Source: Felis catus (Eukaryota). From it: a stretch of 64,000 nt of DNA. The position numbers and the translations under genes were made by a program. The DNA lies in NCBI RefSeq assembly GCF_018350175.1, contig NC_058369.1:17548001-17612000 (forward strand). The letters run 5' to 3'. This document shows positions 1 through 13,105 of the stretch, piece after piece; positions within the stretch are counted from its first letter, which is position 1; each line of letters begins with the position of its first letter. Under the pieces are notes generated by a model. That model ran no database searches, had not been told where the DNA came from, and was given only the letters and a program-made list of their open reading frames with translations.

Positions 1-629
1 ACTTAAAAGCATAAAGTTGAACAAAAATCAAAATGGCTGCACTAATGCTTTAGCAAAGCTTCATTTTAATTTTTTTTTTAACATTTATTTATTGTTGAGA
101 GACAGAGCACGAGCAGGGGAGGGGCAGAGAGAGAGGCAGGCACAGAATCTCTAGCAGGCTCCAGGCTCTGAGCTGTCAGCACAGAACCCAATGTGGGGCT
201 TGATCCCAGGAACTGTGAGATCCCAGGAACTGTGAGATCCCAGGAACTGTGAGATCGTGACCTGAGCCAAAGTCAGAAGCTTAACTGACTGAGCCACCCA
301 GGTGCCCCAGCAAAGCTTCATTCTATTTAAAAAAAAAAAAAATTTTTTTTTAATGTTTATTTATTTTTGAGAGAGACAGAGACAGAATGCAAGTGGGTTA
401 GGGGCAGAGAGAGGGAGACACAGAATCCAAAGCAGGCTCCAGGCTCTGAGCCGTCAGCACAGAGCCCAATGTGGGGCTCGAACCCACAGAGCTGTGAGAT
501 CATGACCTGAGCCAAAGTCAGGTGCTCAACCGACTGAGCCACCCAGGCACCCCAGCAAAGCTTCATTTTAAAGTAACCTTATCCTTCTCTTCTGCAGACC
601 TCCCCTCCTCCCTTCTTGACCTTTTAAAA

Positions 630-720
630 TTTTATTTTATTTTATTTTATTTTATTTTATTTTATTTTATTTTATTTTATTTCATTTCATTTCATTACTT
701 CATTTTATTTCATTTCATTT
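630..720. repeat. (ATTTT)n/(ATTTC)n microsatellite
   Basis: Directly visible pentamer repeats. Confidence 0.9.
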
Positions 721-977
721 CAGTATTTATTTTGAGGTGGGTGGGCAGAGAGAGAGGGAGAGAGAATACCAAGCAGACTCTGGGGCTCGATCCCACGGAA
801 TCGTGAGATCATGACCTGAGCCAAAACTAAGAGTCAGGCACCAACTGAGCCATCCAGGCACCCACCCCTGTTTTTAAGTTTTATTTACTTTCTTTGGTAA
901 TCTCTACACCCAGTGTGGGGCTTGAACTCACAACCCTGAGATCAAGGGTCACATGCTCCACTGACTAAGCCAGCTAG

Positions 978-1255
978 GTACCCCCCTTCCTGGCCTTTTG
1001 TTGCAGGAACTCCATCCTGAGGACATGACAAAGGAGGGTGGCAGCAGGTACACGATCCCAGTGGAAACTGGACAGATCCTGTATTTCCCTATAAACCCAG
1101 CCACTTCCTCTGGGCAGCCTTGCAGTTTTGAAGGCCTTAGCCTGCTGCAGCCTCCTTTGCCTGCCAAAGCAAAAAGCAGCTGTTCCTCTTTATCCCAAAC
1201 TTTGTCTCCATGTTTTGTATTTCGGCTCCAGAGCACAGAGATCATTTTTCAACAA
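978..1255 (+). mobile_element. ERV LTR 3' part (5' part probably broken up by SINEs in 1-980)
   Basis: CTATAAA TATA-like box, polyA-like AAGCAAAAAGC, U5-like tail ending CAACA. Confidence 0.5.
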
Positions 1256-4200
1256 CACACTCATGTGCACTACTGTGTGTGAGTACCCAGTGCTGGACAT
1301 TTGAGACAGGTGATTCCCCGGCAGGTAGAGGTGATGAGGCCTGAGTTAGGTCAGAAGCAGCGGGCAGGGAATGGAGGACACTAGGGCAATAGGGAGTCAT
1401 AGTAGGTTCTAGCGCAGTGGGAAGGCTTTATTCCAAAGGGCCAAGTTTTCTTGTGAGCTTTCCTGGGGTCATCCCTCTAGAAGTCAGAGGTCCTGGGTAG
1501 CAGCTGAGCTCTTCTTACAGCTTGCACTGGATGCTGTGCCCCCCCCCCACCCCCGACCTCTAATACACTGAGAGGAAACACTCTGCGCTGGTATCTGGAG
1601 GCAGCTAGAGACCAACAAGCTGGACCTGTGGTATCACTGCCCTGTCCCAGTCTTTCTCAATCCCTGGGCCTCTGGGAGGTGAAATTGTTCCCGTGGCTCC
1701 CTCCATCCTGGTTGAGTTAGAACACCTTGCACCATCCGCCCACTAGCTGATTGACAAATGGTCACATTAGGCAAGGTGTTGTGTGTGTGTGTGGTGGTGG
1801 GGGAATTGCAGGTAGGAGGATGGGGCTGGGTTTCCAGGACCTATCCCTTTCTAGCCCTGAGCAATGCCTGCCCCAGAGGGAATTGAGATTGGACCTCTGA
1901 TCCTTTAAGCCTAAAATCCAGACTCTAAGGCCTGCCCCAGCCCTTCCAGGATGTTTCTGAGTTCTGTGAAAAAAGGAGCAAATTTGAGGAAATTGGGATT
2001 AATCAGAGTGAAACAGGTTCCTTTTCTGCAAGACTCTTCAGAGCCTTTAAGAAGTTAATGTGTATTGTGAGTATCCAAGAACCAGCAAGGGAGGTTTTAT
2101 GTAGTTATTTGAACGAGGGATGCTTTTCATAGAGAATCTTGCATGACCACTGTTTCATGGAACACACTGTGAGCCGTGTGGCCCCCACATTCATTTCACA
2201 CATGAGGAAACAGAAACACAGAGGAGAGAGGGCCTCGCCCTCACCCCCAGGTTGGTGGGCTCTACTCTGAGTACGACCTAGGTCTCCCTTTCCTGGGAAC
2301 ACTCAGAGCCTTCCCAAACGGGCAGGGAGGGGGTACCGCAGAACTACCCTTCTTCCTCACAGTCAGCCCTTTCTCCCATCTCTAGATGGGCTCAAGGGCC
2401 CGCTCATGTGAGCCAGGGCTGTGCTGTCACAGAGAGCTGAGGAGAGAGAACAACGCTCTTTCCTGGAAAGGTGTGCCCACACATTGCCAGCTCTTATCTC
2501 CCCACTCTACAACTTTTATTTTATTTTATTTTTAAAAATGTTTTAATTAATTAATTAATTAATTAATTTTTTATTTATTTTTGAGAGAGAGAGAGGGACA
2601 GAGTGTGAGTGGGGGAGGGGCAGAGAGAGAGACACAGAATCCAAAGCAGGCTCCAGACTCTGAGCTGTGAGCACAGAGCCCAACGTGGGGCTCAAACTCA
2701 GGAACCGCGAGATCATGCCCTGGGCCGAAGTCGGACGCTTAATTGCCTGACTGAACCACCCAGGTACCCCTAAATATTTTATTTTTAAAGTGATCTCTAC
2801 ACTCAGTGTGGGGGGTCGAACTCACAACCCAGAGATCAAGAGTCACGTGCTCTACCGACTCAGCCAGTCAGGTGCCCCCTTACCCTACAACTTTTAAAAC
2901 AGTGGTATAAATTCATAATTTTAAGATTAATGATATGAGTTCTGACAAATATTTACAAGTGTGTAACCACCACCACAGTCAAGATGTGGAACATTTTCAT
3001 TGCCCCAAAGCATTCCCTCGAGCCCCTTTGTAGTCAATCTCTTCTTCCCAACCCTGGCCCCTGGCAGCTACCGGTATACTTCCTACCACTATAGTTTTGC
3101 CTCTCCTGGAAATTTCATGTGAATAGAATCATACAGTAGGTGATCTTTGGTATCTGGCTTCCTTCACCGAACATAATGTCTGTGAGGTTTATTTGTGATG
3201 AGTATGCTGGCATTTCTTTCCTTTTTACTTGTCAGTAGCATTCCGTCGTGTGGGTCTTCCAGTTTGATGGGCCTGCTAATGGGCGTTTGGCTTGTTTCTG
3301 GTTTTTGACTATTATTAATAAAGTTGCTATGTGCATTCTCATACAAGTTTTTGTGTGGAGGTATGTTCCTATTTTTTTTAAGTTCATTTATTTTGAGAGA
3401 GAAGGAGCGCGCACGTGGGAGCAAGCGTAGGAAGGGCAGAAAGAGAGGGAGACTGAGGATCCGAAGTCGGTTCTGCGCTGACAGTGCAGAGCCTGACAGG
3501 GGTCTCAAACTCATGAACTGTGAGATCATGACCTGGGCTGAAGTTGGGTGCTTAACCGACTAAGCCACCCAGACGCCCCTCTTTTTTTTTTTTTTTTAAT
3601 TAGGCTCTACATCCAGTGTGGAGCTTGAACTCACAATTGTGAGATCAAGAGTTGTGTGCTCTACCGACTGGGCCAGCCAGGTGCCCCACATTCTTGATGG
3701 TAAACACCCAGAAGTGGAATTTCTGGGTTGTATGATAAGTGTCAGAGCTTACCTTTTTCAAAATGATTCCTGGTTGTCCTGCTCCCATCACCCACAGAGG
3801 GGAGTGGTGGGGGTGAGAGGGTGGGCTGAGGCTGGGAGAGGCTAAGGAGTAACCTGGGCCTCAGTCCTACTTCCATCTGTCTCTGAGTAGCTTGGTGTCT
3901 TGGGTGAGTTGCTCTGTCCTGCCCTGGGCCGGCCTCACTTTACTCATTTGTGAAATGATAATAGCATCACAACCCTCCCTGTCTGCCCCAGAGGGTGTTC
4001 TGGGGGTGAAAGGAGATGGGCAGGGGTTCTCTCTGGAAGCTTTGAGGGGCCTGTAGTCTGAGGGATGGAGCAGAGGTCAGTGGTACTTATGAGACAGAAT
4101 GTGGTCCTGGAAGAGAGCTCTTTTCTCTCTCAAGTCCACGGGGACTTGACAAGAGCCAGTTTCTGTGAATCTTGAGCGATTCCTTTTGGCCCTGAACTGA

Positions 4201-4324
4201 GTGGGCATGGGCTAATATTTTTTTGGTTTCTCAAAGGCCATCCATTTGCCATAAACACCTTGGAATATGGAGCTATAAAGGAGGAAGACCATTCTGCAAG
4301 GAGACCAAGGAAAAAGGTATCTCT

Positions 4325-4742
4325 GCTACTGTCCTATACACATGTGGCTACTTAAATTTAAAATAATGAGAATTAGGGGCCACTGGGTGGCTCAGTCAGT
4401 TGAGTGTTCGACTCTTGATTTCGGCTCAGGTCATGATCTCACAGTTCATGAGTTCAAGCCCCGCATTGGAATCTGTGCTGACAGTGTGGAGCCTGCTTGG
4501 GATTCTGTCTCTCTCCCTCTTTCTCTGCCCCTCCTCCACTCTCTCTCCATGTTTCTCTCGAAATAAATAAAGGTAAATTTAAAAAATAAAACTTACTTAA
4601 TGACAATTAAATTAAGAAATCAGTTGATGCTACACTAGCCACATTTCAAGTGCTTAATAGCCATGTGTGGTTAATGGCTACCACATTGGATAGCACAGAC
4701 ATAATATATTTCCTTGATCACAGAAAGTTCTAATGGACAGCC
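4325..4742. mobile_element. MER3/MER33-like hAT-Charlie DNA transposon split by a SINE
   Basis: CACATGTGGCTACTTAAATT ... CTAGCCACATTTCAAGTGCTTAATAGCCATGTG ... GAAAGTTCTAATGGACAGC. Confidence 0.7.
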
Positions 4743-5295
4743 TGATTGAGCCCCCAAGATCTTTCCTTTGGGAGGGTCAGTATTGTTACACCATATGGTA
4801 GACTGAGGCAGGCCCCATAAAGGTCAGCCGGCTTATATAGAAAAGGATCCCAGTGGTTTCAGTGGGCAGAGTTCATCTCGAGAGAGCTGACTACACAGGG
4901 ACCCTGTGGTTGGGGCGGTGGCCCCTGAATGGACAGGCAGACATGGTGAGGGCCTTGCAGAGGTAGGGTTCAGGCAGTGTGGGAAAGGAGGTGACCGGGT
5001 GGAGCAGATGTTGGGGGGGAAGGTTTCCAAGTGGGAAGATGTGGTAGTTCCATTTAAGGCGTGGGCAGTGGGCCTTCTGCAGATTGCGAGGAGGCTGGGG
5101 AGCGTCAGAGACTCCAGGAGAAATGAGCTAGACCTAGTGAGACCATCTCCTTGGCCAAAGCCCCACAAGGGGAAATTGTGGCCACCACCTGCTCTGAGTC
5201 CAGCTGTCTTCAGGAAGGCAGCCCTCTGCTGGGTGATCTCAGCAGGACTCTCAAAGATCAGTGTTGTGTGCAGGTCTCAGCCTATCAATGAACAA

Positions 5296-5447
5296 TGTTG
5301 TGGCTGGACCAGCCCTTGTGGTTCTTACCATGATAGCAAGATGCCTTTCAGCAGAACCATCGGGAAACTTTGGAAAAAAAAAAAAGGTTTATTACTTATG
5401 AGACCTGGAAATTACATGACACACTTGGGGCCACACAGTGAGGTTGT

Positions 5448-5484
<37 letters not shown>

Positions 5485-5733
5485 ATGAGAGAGAGCTAGC
5501 AAGAGGCTGGGGTTCTGCTTTTATTGGGGTAGAGAATGGGGGCTTAGGGTTTCTGAGGCTCATTCTCTATTGCTGAATTTAAAATATAAGAACAGAGGGG
5601 CACTTAGGTGGCTCAAACGGTTGAGTGTCTGACTTTTGATTTTGGCTCAGGTCATGATCCCAGGGTCGTGAAACTGAGCCCTGCATCAGGCTCCTTGCTA
5701 AGTGTGGAGCCTACTTGAAATTCTCTCTGTCTG

Positions 5734-5764
<31 letters not shown>

Positions 5765-6159
5765 GTCTCTCTCTCCCTTCCTCCCTCCCTCTCTCTCTCT
5801 TTCCTTCTGCTCCTCTCCCCTGCTTGCAGTGTCTCTCTCTAAAATAATAAATAAACAAACAAACAAACAAAATATAAGAGGAGGAATTTAAAGCATGGAA
5901 AGAGGAAAAGCAAGTAGCCCAAATGGACAGTTATCAAAATCTACAAAGATCTCTAGAACAAAGAAGTGTCAGTGGAGGGGAGGTGGCCTGGTTTTTTATC
6001 TTGTGGTGTGGCTGGCCTTGTGTTTCTTCAAGGTAGCCATCTGGAATGGATGCCTCTTTAAAGTGGATTCCTAGGTAATCAAAGCTTAAATCAGGTACTT
6101 GCATTACAAAAAAGAAAGAAAAAACAAAAAAACACCACCACCAATGATCAGGGTTAACA
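5296..6159 (-). mobile_element. ERV 3' LTR with a SINE inserted at about 5597-5870
   Basis: TGTT...AACA inverted termini; G-rich PPT-like GGGTGGGTTGTGG just upstream on the - strand; AATAAA signals on the - strand. Confidence 0.65.
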
Positions 6160-8312
6160 CCACAACCCACCCTGTAATGCCAAGGCATCAGAGTCAATGG
6201 TGAAGACGTTAACTGCCTGGGTAGCTGATGAACTAAACATCAGGGGTCATAACTCAGAAAGCACACATCTAAATAGGATTATAGTAGCAAATTTTATAAT
6301 AATTATACAGGCAGTAGTCTGAAATCCAGTCTGTAACCACGTCCCAAGCTTGAAGGGTCTTGCCAAGAGCCATGAAAGCAAGTCAGTGATCTTGGGAGCC
6401 CTGGAAATCTGCATAAGGATTTGGGCAATATTGTGGAAATGTTGATATTTTGGGCCATCCCGTGTCATAGGTTTGAAGCTGTCTTGAGTTGGTGGATTGG
6501 TCCATATCTTATTGAGCCAGTCTCTTAGTCCTGAGAATAGGTCAGTTTAGTTAGAAGGCTGTGTTTATTTCAGGAGGTGGTGATACAGGTGGGTTCACCA
6601 AATTAGACCTATATTGAGCAAGCAAATGCCTACTTGACAAGAGGCATTTCTATGGAAATAACAACAACAATAGCAAATGGTTAATAATTGGAGCAGATTA
6701 ATTATAATCCCAGGTTCTGAGTTCTGAAGGCAGCCAGTTGAGATGCTTTTAGGTGCTGGGCTTGAAGCATCTTCAGAGGGAGTGAGGGCAGGCAGTGGCA
6801 ATCTGAATGATTTTCCTGATTTGTAGTGTGAATGTCTCTGGAGATTTTTCTTTCTTCTTTAAAAAATTTCTTTAAAATTTCATTTATTTGAGAGACAGAG
6901 AAAGAGAGCACAAGTGGGGGAGATCTGGAGATCTTTCTGAGTGGCCCATAGTAACAGCAAGATTGTCCATATATGAGCTATTTTAATGATTTCTCTGAAG
7001 CTTATATCATGTACCATTTTAGCTTGTGTGCCTTTAAGAAAAGAACAGTTCTAGTTCTCAGTGAGTTCAACTCGGAAGGATGGGAGAAAAATTGGAAGCA
7101 TTAGTCTGGAGACTTGCAGCCAGATATTGGAAAAAATAAGAAGAAATCCAGTCTAGTTTACAGGCAGAAAAACCAAACTTCAAAGATGCTTAACAGAACT
7201 AGAATCTAATATACCCAAGTGTGTATTATAGTTTCTATTGAAATGTAACTTTTCTCTACAATCACCCCCATTTCTAGCAAAGATAAGCATAATAAGACTA
7301 ACTTATTTGCAAATTAAGTCTAATTTCAATAAAATTGGCCCGATTATTTGCAAAAGTGCAGCAAGAACAGTGATTGACCTTATATGCTCTTTTAAGTCCG
7401 CTTTGCTGGAAATTTTCTCTCTCTTTTTTTAAAGATTTTTAAATTTTATGATTTATTATTACCATTTTTTAAAGTTGTATTTATTTAAGTAATCTCTACA
7501 GCCCACGTGGGGCTCGAATTCACAACCCTGAGTCACATGCTCTTCCAACTGAGCCAGCCGGGTGCCCCAAGATTTTTAAATTTTTAAGTAACCTCTACAC
7601 CCAATGTGGGGTTCTAACTTACAACCCTGAGATCAAGAGTCACATGCTCTACCAATCGAGCCAGCCAGGCGCTCCTGGAACTTTTCATAAGAAATCTCAG
7701 ATTAACCTTTTAAAAGTCTCTCCAGGCTAAGAAGCCAAGCCAAGAATTTGCCGTCAGACTTCACCTGGAATACCTATAAATTGGGTGAATTCTTGTCTTC
7801 TTGATGTCCCCCAAATATCCTGGCGTTCCTGGGCGTACCTGGAAGTGATTGCCCTTGCTCACCTGGTAAGGCTGCCTAGAACTTTGTAAGCAAGGTACCA
7901 GGCTGATTTTTCCAAATTTTATTAGCTCCATAAAGTCAACCTTAGTTTCTTAAAGCTGTCTGGTCATATCTGAATCTATATACATTTCTCTCAAATATGA
8001 CATTGCAGTCAAAGTCTGGTAATATAACCAATATTTCCAAATGTGTCCTATTACAAGGAGAACAAATTCTGTATTTTTTTAATTGAGAGAGGGAAGGCAC
8101 AAGTAAGCGAGGGCAGAGAGAGAGAAAGAGAATCCCACGAGGGGCAGAGAGAGAGTGTGGGAGAAAGAAGTGAGGTTCATCTGATGCAAGGCTCCAGCTC
8201 ATCCAGTGTGGGACTTGACCTCATGAATGGTGAGATCATGACCTGAGCCGAAGTTAGATGCTTAACGACCGAGTCACCCAGGTGCCCCTCCTTTTTTTTT
8301 TTAACGTTTATT

Positions 8313-8363
<51 letters not shown>

Positions 8364-11300
8364 GAGAACACAAGCAGGCGAGGGGCAGAGAGAGAGGGGG
8401 ACAGAGAGCCTGATGCAGGCCTTGAATCCACAAACCTTGAGATCATGACATGAGCCCAAGTCAGATGCTTAACAGACCCAGCCATCCAGGCACCCTAAGG
8501 AGAACAGATTCTTGTTGAGCTTATGCAAATAACTATATTGCCATAAAAATAAGAATACTCACTGAGAGTTTTCTAATTTTGGAATTATTGGGCAGGGAGA
8601 AAGAGTAGTTGTTTTCTCTTTGTTCATAAAGATATACTTTACCAAATTGCTGTAAGTCATATATAGCTTAAGAGAAGAGGTTTCTTTAAATCTGGAGACA
8701 GCAAAACATTAAAGAACCAACAATGTTTCAAACAAAAATTCATAAAAATTATAATCATCCTCATCTGTTCAGTTTCATGTAATTCTTATTGATCTCGATC
8801 TTGTGTTAGCAGTTTTATGAAGCCATCAGTTTCTCCATTAGAGTTTTGAACATTTTTTAAAATGTTTTTATTTATTTTTGAGAGAGAGAAAGTGCAAGCT
8901 GTGGAAGGGTCAGGGAGCGGGTGCAGGGACGGGGGGCAGAGGATCTGAAGTGGGGTCCGTGCTTACAGCAGAGAGCCCAAAACAGGGATTGAATTCACAA
9001 ACTTCGGGAGCCAAAGTCAGACGCTTAATGGATTGAGCCACCCAGGTGCCCCTGAGTTCTGTACATTCTCATCTGTTCAATGGTAGGATCTGAATGTCAT
9101 CACAAACCTGTACTTGTCAGAGTCCTTTCTGTGAATCTCACTGAAGATGAAGCACTTTTGCAAAAGCTTCAGAGTAAAACAATAGCTGTAACTAAGAGAA
9201 GACTTAAAAATGGCCATGGTTAAAGATCTTATTAGAGTTCATTACAATGCAGTTGACAATGAAATTTGGTTATTTCTGTGACATACAACATTTCAAGATG
9301 ATATCTAGATTTATGACTGACAACATTTTGCCAGGATATATCAGAATTTTAGAAGTTTCATACAATTTCTCAAACACTTATATACTTATATAAATACAAC
9401 ATAAAGAAGATTTAATATTACTTCTTACTTGACAATGCTTCCCATTTAATATATCAAATATGTCTAATTATTTTAATGTATCTCGTTTTATAAGGAGAGA
9501 AAACAGATCTCTTTTTTTTTTATTTTTTTTTAATGTTTATTTATTTTTGAGACAGAGAGACAGAGCATGAACAGGGGAGGGTCAGAGAGAGAGGGAGACA
9601 CAGAATCCGAAGCAGACCCCAGACTCTGAGCTGTCAGCACAAAGCCTGATGCGGGGCTTGAACTCACGGACCATGAGATCATGACCTGAGCCAAGGACAC
9701 TTAACTGATTGAGCCACCCAGGCGCCCCAGAAAACAGATCTCTTAAGATGGTCCAGGGACCTTCTGGGTAAACTCAAAGTTAGTTTGAAGTCAGCAAGTC
9801 TTCATTTGAAATTTGATTTTGGGGGGGAATTTGTAAAAAATATCAAAATTTTTGGATGCTTGATTAAATAGGATTATAAGTCACTGTGAAACAATGCCTA
9901 GTTATACATTTTTAAAGTTTTTTTTTAATGTTTATTTATTTTTGAGAGAGAGAGAAAGAAAGACAGAGAGACAGAGCATGAGCAGGGGAGGGGCAGAGAG
10001 AGAGGGAGACACAGAATCCAAAGACAGGCGCCAGGCTTCAAGCTGTCAGCACCAAACAGTACAGAGCCCAACATGGAGCTGGAACTCACAAACCACGAGA
10101 TCATGTCCTGAGCGGAAGTTGGGTGCTTAATCGGCTGAGCCACCCAGGCGCCCCTACTTAGTTATGCATTTAACCAAAATGACAGTAAAAGACTTTGTAG
10201 GCAAATATAGAAAGTTACATAATTGTAAAAAAAGACTTTAGCTCTTAGTAGGGAAGATTCAACTTTCTTAGGTAATCAAAGACTGGACAAAGACAACATG
10301 AAGCATAGGAAATTCTTTTGAGAAAACACAAATTCCTTGATTTCTAGCCAGATTACTTAAAAGGTAAAGAAAAACCTTTTGGGGCGCCTGGGTGGCTCAG
10401 TCGGTTGAGCCTCTGACTTTGGCTCAGGTCATGATCTCACGATCTGTGAGTTCGAGCCCCGCGTCGGGCTCCGTGCCGACAGCTCAGAGCCTGGAGCCTG
10501 CTTCGGATTCTGTGTCTGCCTCTGTGTCTGACCCTCCCCCATTCATGCTCTGTCTCTCTCTGTCTCAAAAATAAATAAACATTAAAAAATTTTAAAAAAA
10601 GAAAAGAAAAACCTTTCACAATCTCTTATCAGAAGCAGAGCGATACTCAAAACTACATCCTTTTAGCAATGAAAGAAAGGTTCACAAGTATACTATTGCT
10701 ATTAAAGCTTGTTTTAAAAATCCTTATAATAGCAAGTCAATTTTAGCCAACTTGACTACACAAGGGAAAATTCTTGCCAAATTTCTATACCATTTTGTTC
10801 TTTATGCTCCTTTTTCCCATTCTGAAATCACTAGCTTTACTTTAGGACAAAATTATTTTCATTTCCCTTAAAAATTCATCTCCATACCTCATACCTTGCT
10901 TACCCAAAAACACAGCCTATTTTCTTTGTATACAGAGATGTTCCCTTACTATTGCTAGTAGTTTTAGTTATACACATTACTTGGAATTCTTAATCCTTAG
11001 AAATCTGAATTTTAGGGAAAATCAAGAAGTAAGCAATTGTGAACTAAAAAGTAAGCCATTATGATATGTTACAGCAGCATTCTTTAGATTGGTAACTTGG
11101 TGAATACATTTCATAATGTCTAGAAACATACATTTCCCCATAGCATAATTTTTCAATGTGGCACAAGACATGTTTTCTAACAGGTCCAAATATCTTTAGT
11201 TCCTCTGTGATAAGAAGTCAAAAGTAAGTAAACCAAGACTTGTTTAGCAATTAAAGTTTCAGTGTTTCATCTTATTTGGAAATGACATATTCAATGAATT

Positions 11301-11370
11301 CCCATGATATAATTATATCCTATAACTTAGCAAAATTCTGAAAGTGGAAATTACCAAAGATTTAGGAAAT
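6160..11370 (-). mobile_element. ERV1 (MER4-group-like) internal sequence, SINE-interrupted, with an env TM remnant at 6247-6468
   Basis: DLLSWLLARPFKLGTWLQTGFQTTACIIIIKFATIILFRCVLS next to the LTR; AT-rich body resembling MER4-type internal sequence. Confidence 0.65.
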
Positions 11371-13067
11371 GTTGTTTTTTTTTTAAGTTTATTTATTTTT
11401 GAGAGAGAGAGGAAGAGAGTGCAAGTTGGAGAGGCGCAGAGAGAGAGGGAGACCGTGGATCCCAAGCTGGCTCCACACTGCCAGCACAGAGCCCAACGTG
11501 GGGCTCAAACTCACGAACCGTGAGATCGTGAGATCATGACCTGAGCTGAAATCAAGAGATGGACGCTTAACTGACTGAGCCACCCAGGCACCCCTCATGG
11601 ATTCTTTTCATAATAAGAATAGAAGAAAGAATCTCATAGTAGGTGGGATGGGGCTACTCCCAGGACCCACAGGGGACCCTTGCCTTTGTGTATCTCCACT
11701 TTGTCAAGTGCATACTCTACCTGTTTCTGTCCATTGCTCTTCCTCATGCAGACCCTGGCCCTTCAGGGAATCTGGTCTTTTCAAGTTGCTCACTGTCCTC
11801 CCCAGAGGCACTTCCTACATTTCATCTCTCTAGGTTTTCCTCTTCTTCCTCCTTCTTCTCTTCTTTTAATGATAAACATTGTTAAAGGATATATTTTTCA
11901 TATAAAAATTCAAACAATCACAGTACAACTAAAATCTTTTTGACAGCTTACATCTCTGCCCCACTCATCCCAATCTCCACATTAGAAATAATCCTCATTC
12001 ATCAAATGGGAGGATACCTGTCCTAATCTTTTTCTAGATGTTTATATACCTTGATGAACATAAAGAAATAGGGGGTCTTATTTTATGGTGATTGATGTTT
12101 TACATAAATGGAATCATCTGTGCATATTATTCTGCAGTTTGACTCTTCCCCTTAATGATTATATTGGAAAATTCCTACTTTTAATTGAAATATATGTATG
12201 AAAAATGCAGTAATCGAAAGTATACAGCTTGCTGAGTTTTTGCTAAGTGAACACATTTTTGTAACCGGTACCCAGAGTTCCCCTTGTTCCCCTTGTTCCC
12301 CTTCTCTATAACCATGACCCTGACTTTGAACTTCATAGACTAGTGGTGCCAGATTTTAAAATTTATAGAAAATAGAGGGGCGCCTGGGTGGTGCAGTTGG
12401 TTAAGCTCCGACTTCAGCCAGGTCACGATCTCGCGGTCCGTGAGTTAGAGCCCCACGTCAGGCTCTGGGCTGATGGCTCGGAGCCTGGAGCCTGTTTCCG
12501 ATTCTGTGTCTCCCTCTCTCTCTGCCCCTCCCCCGTTCATGCTCTGTCTCTCTCTGTCCCAAAAATAAATAAAAAACGTTGAAAAAAAAAAAGAAAATAG
12601 AATCATACGGTATATACTCTTTTTTAAAAAATATTTATTTTGAGAGAGAGAGAGACAGAGCATAAGTCGGGAAGGGCAGAGAGAGAGGGAGACACAGAAT
12701 CTGAAGCAGGCTCCAAGCTGTCAGCACAGAGCCTAATGCAGGGCTCAGACCCATGAACCATGAGATCATGACCTGAGCCGAAGTTGGACACTTAAACTGA
12801 GCCACCCAGGCACCCCTACTCTTTTTTTTTTTATATATATATTTTTTACATTTATTTATTTTTGATAGAGTGAGATGGAGCGTGAGCGGGGGAGGGGCAG
12901 AGAGAGAGGGAGACACAGAATCCGAAGCAGGCTCCAGGCTCTGAGCTGTTAGCACACAGCCTGACATGGGCTCGAACCCACGAACCATGAGATCATGACC
13001 TGAGCTGAAGTCAGACACTTAACCGACTGAGCCACCTGGGCGCCCCTCCCCTACTCTTTTTTTAAAG

Positions 13068-13105
<38 letters not shown>

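Noticed and set aside
4906..5499. 197-aa ORF
   Set aside because: Non-ATG start; it runs into an LTR and a (GA)n tract; no domain or splice support.
10381..10470. tRNA-like A/B-box sequences
   Set aside because: They are tRNA-derived SINE heads followed by SINE body, (CT)n and polyA, not tRNA genes.
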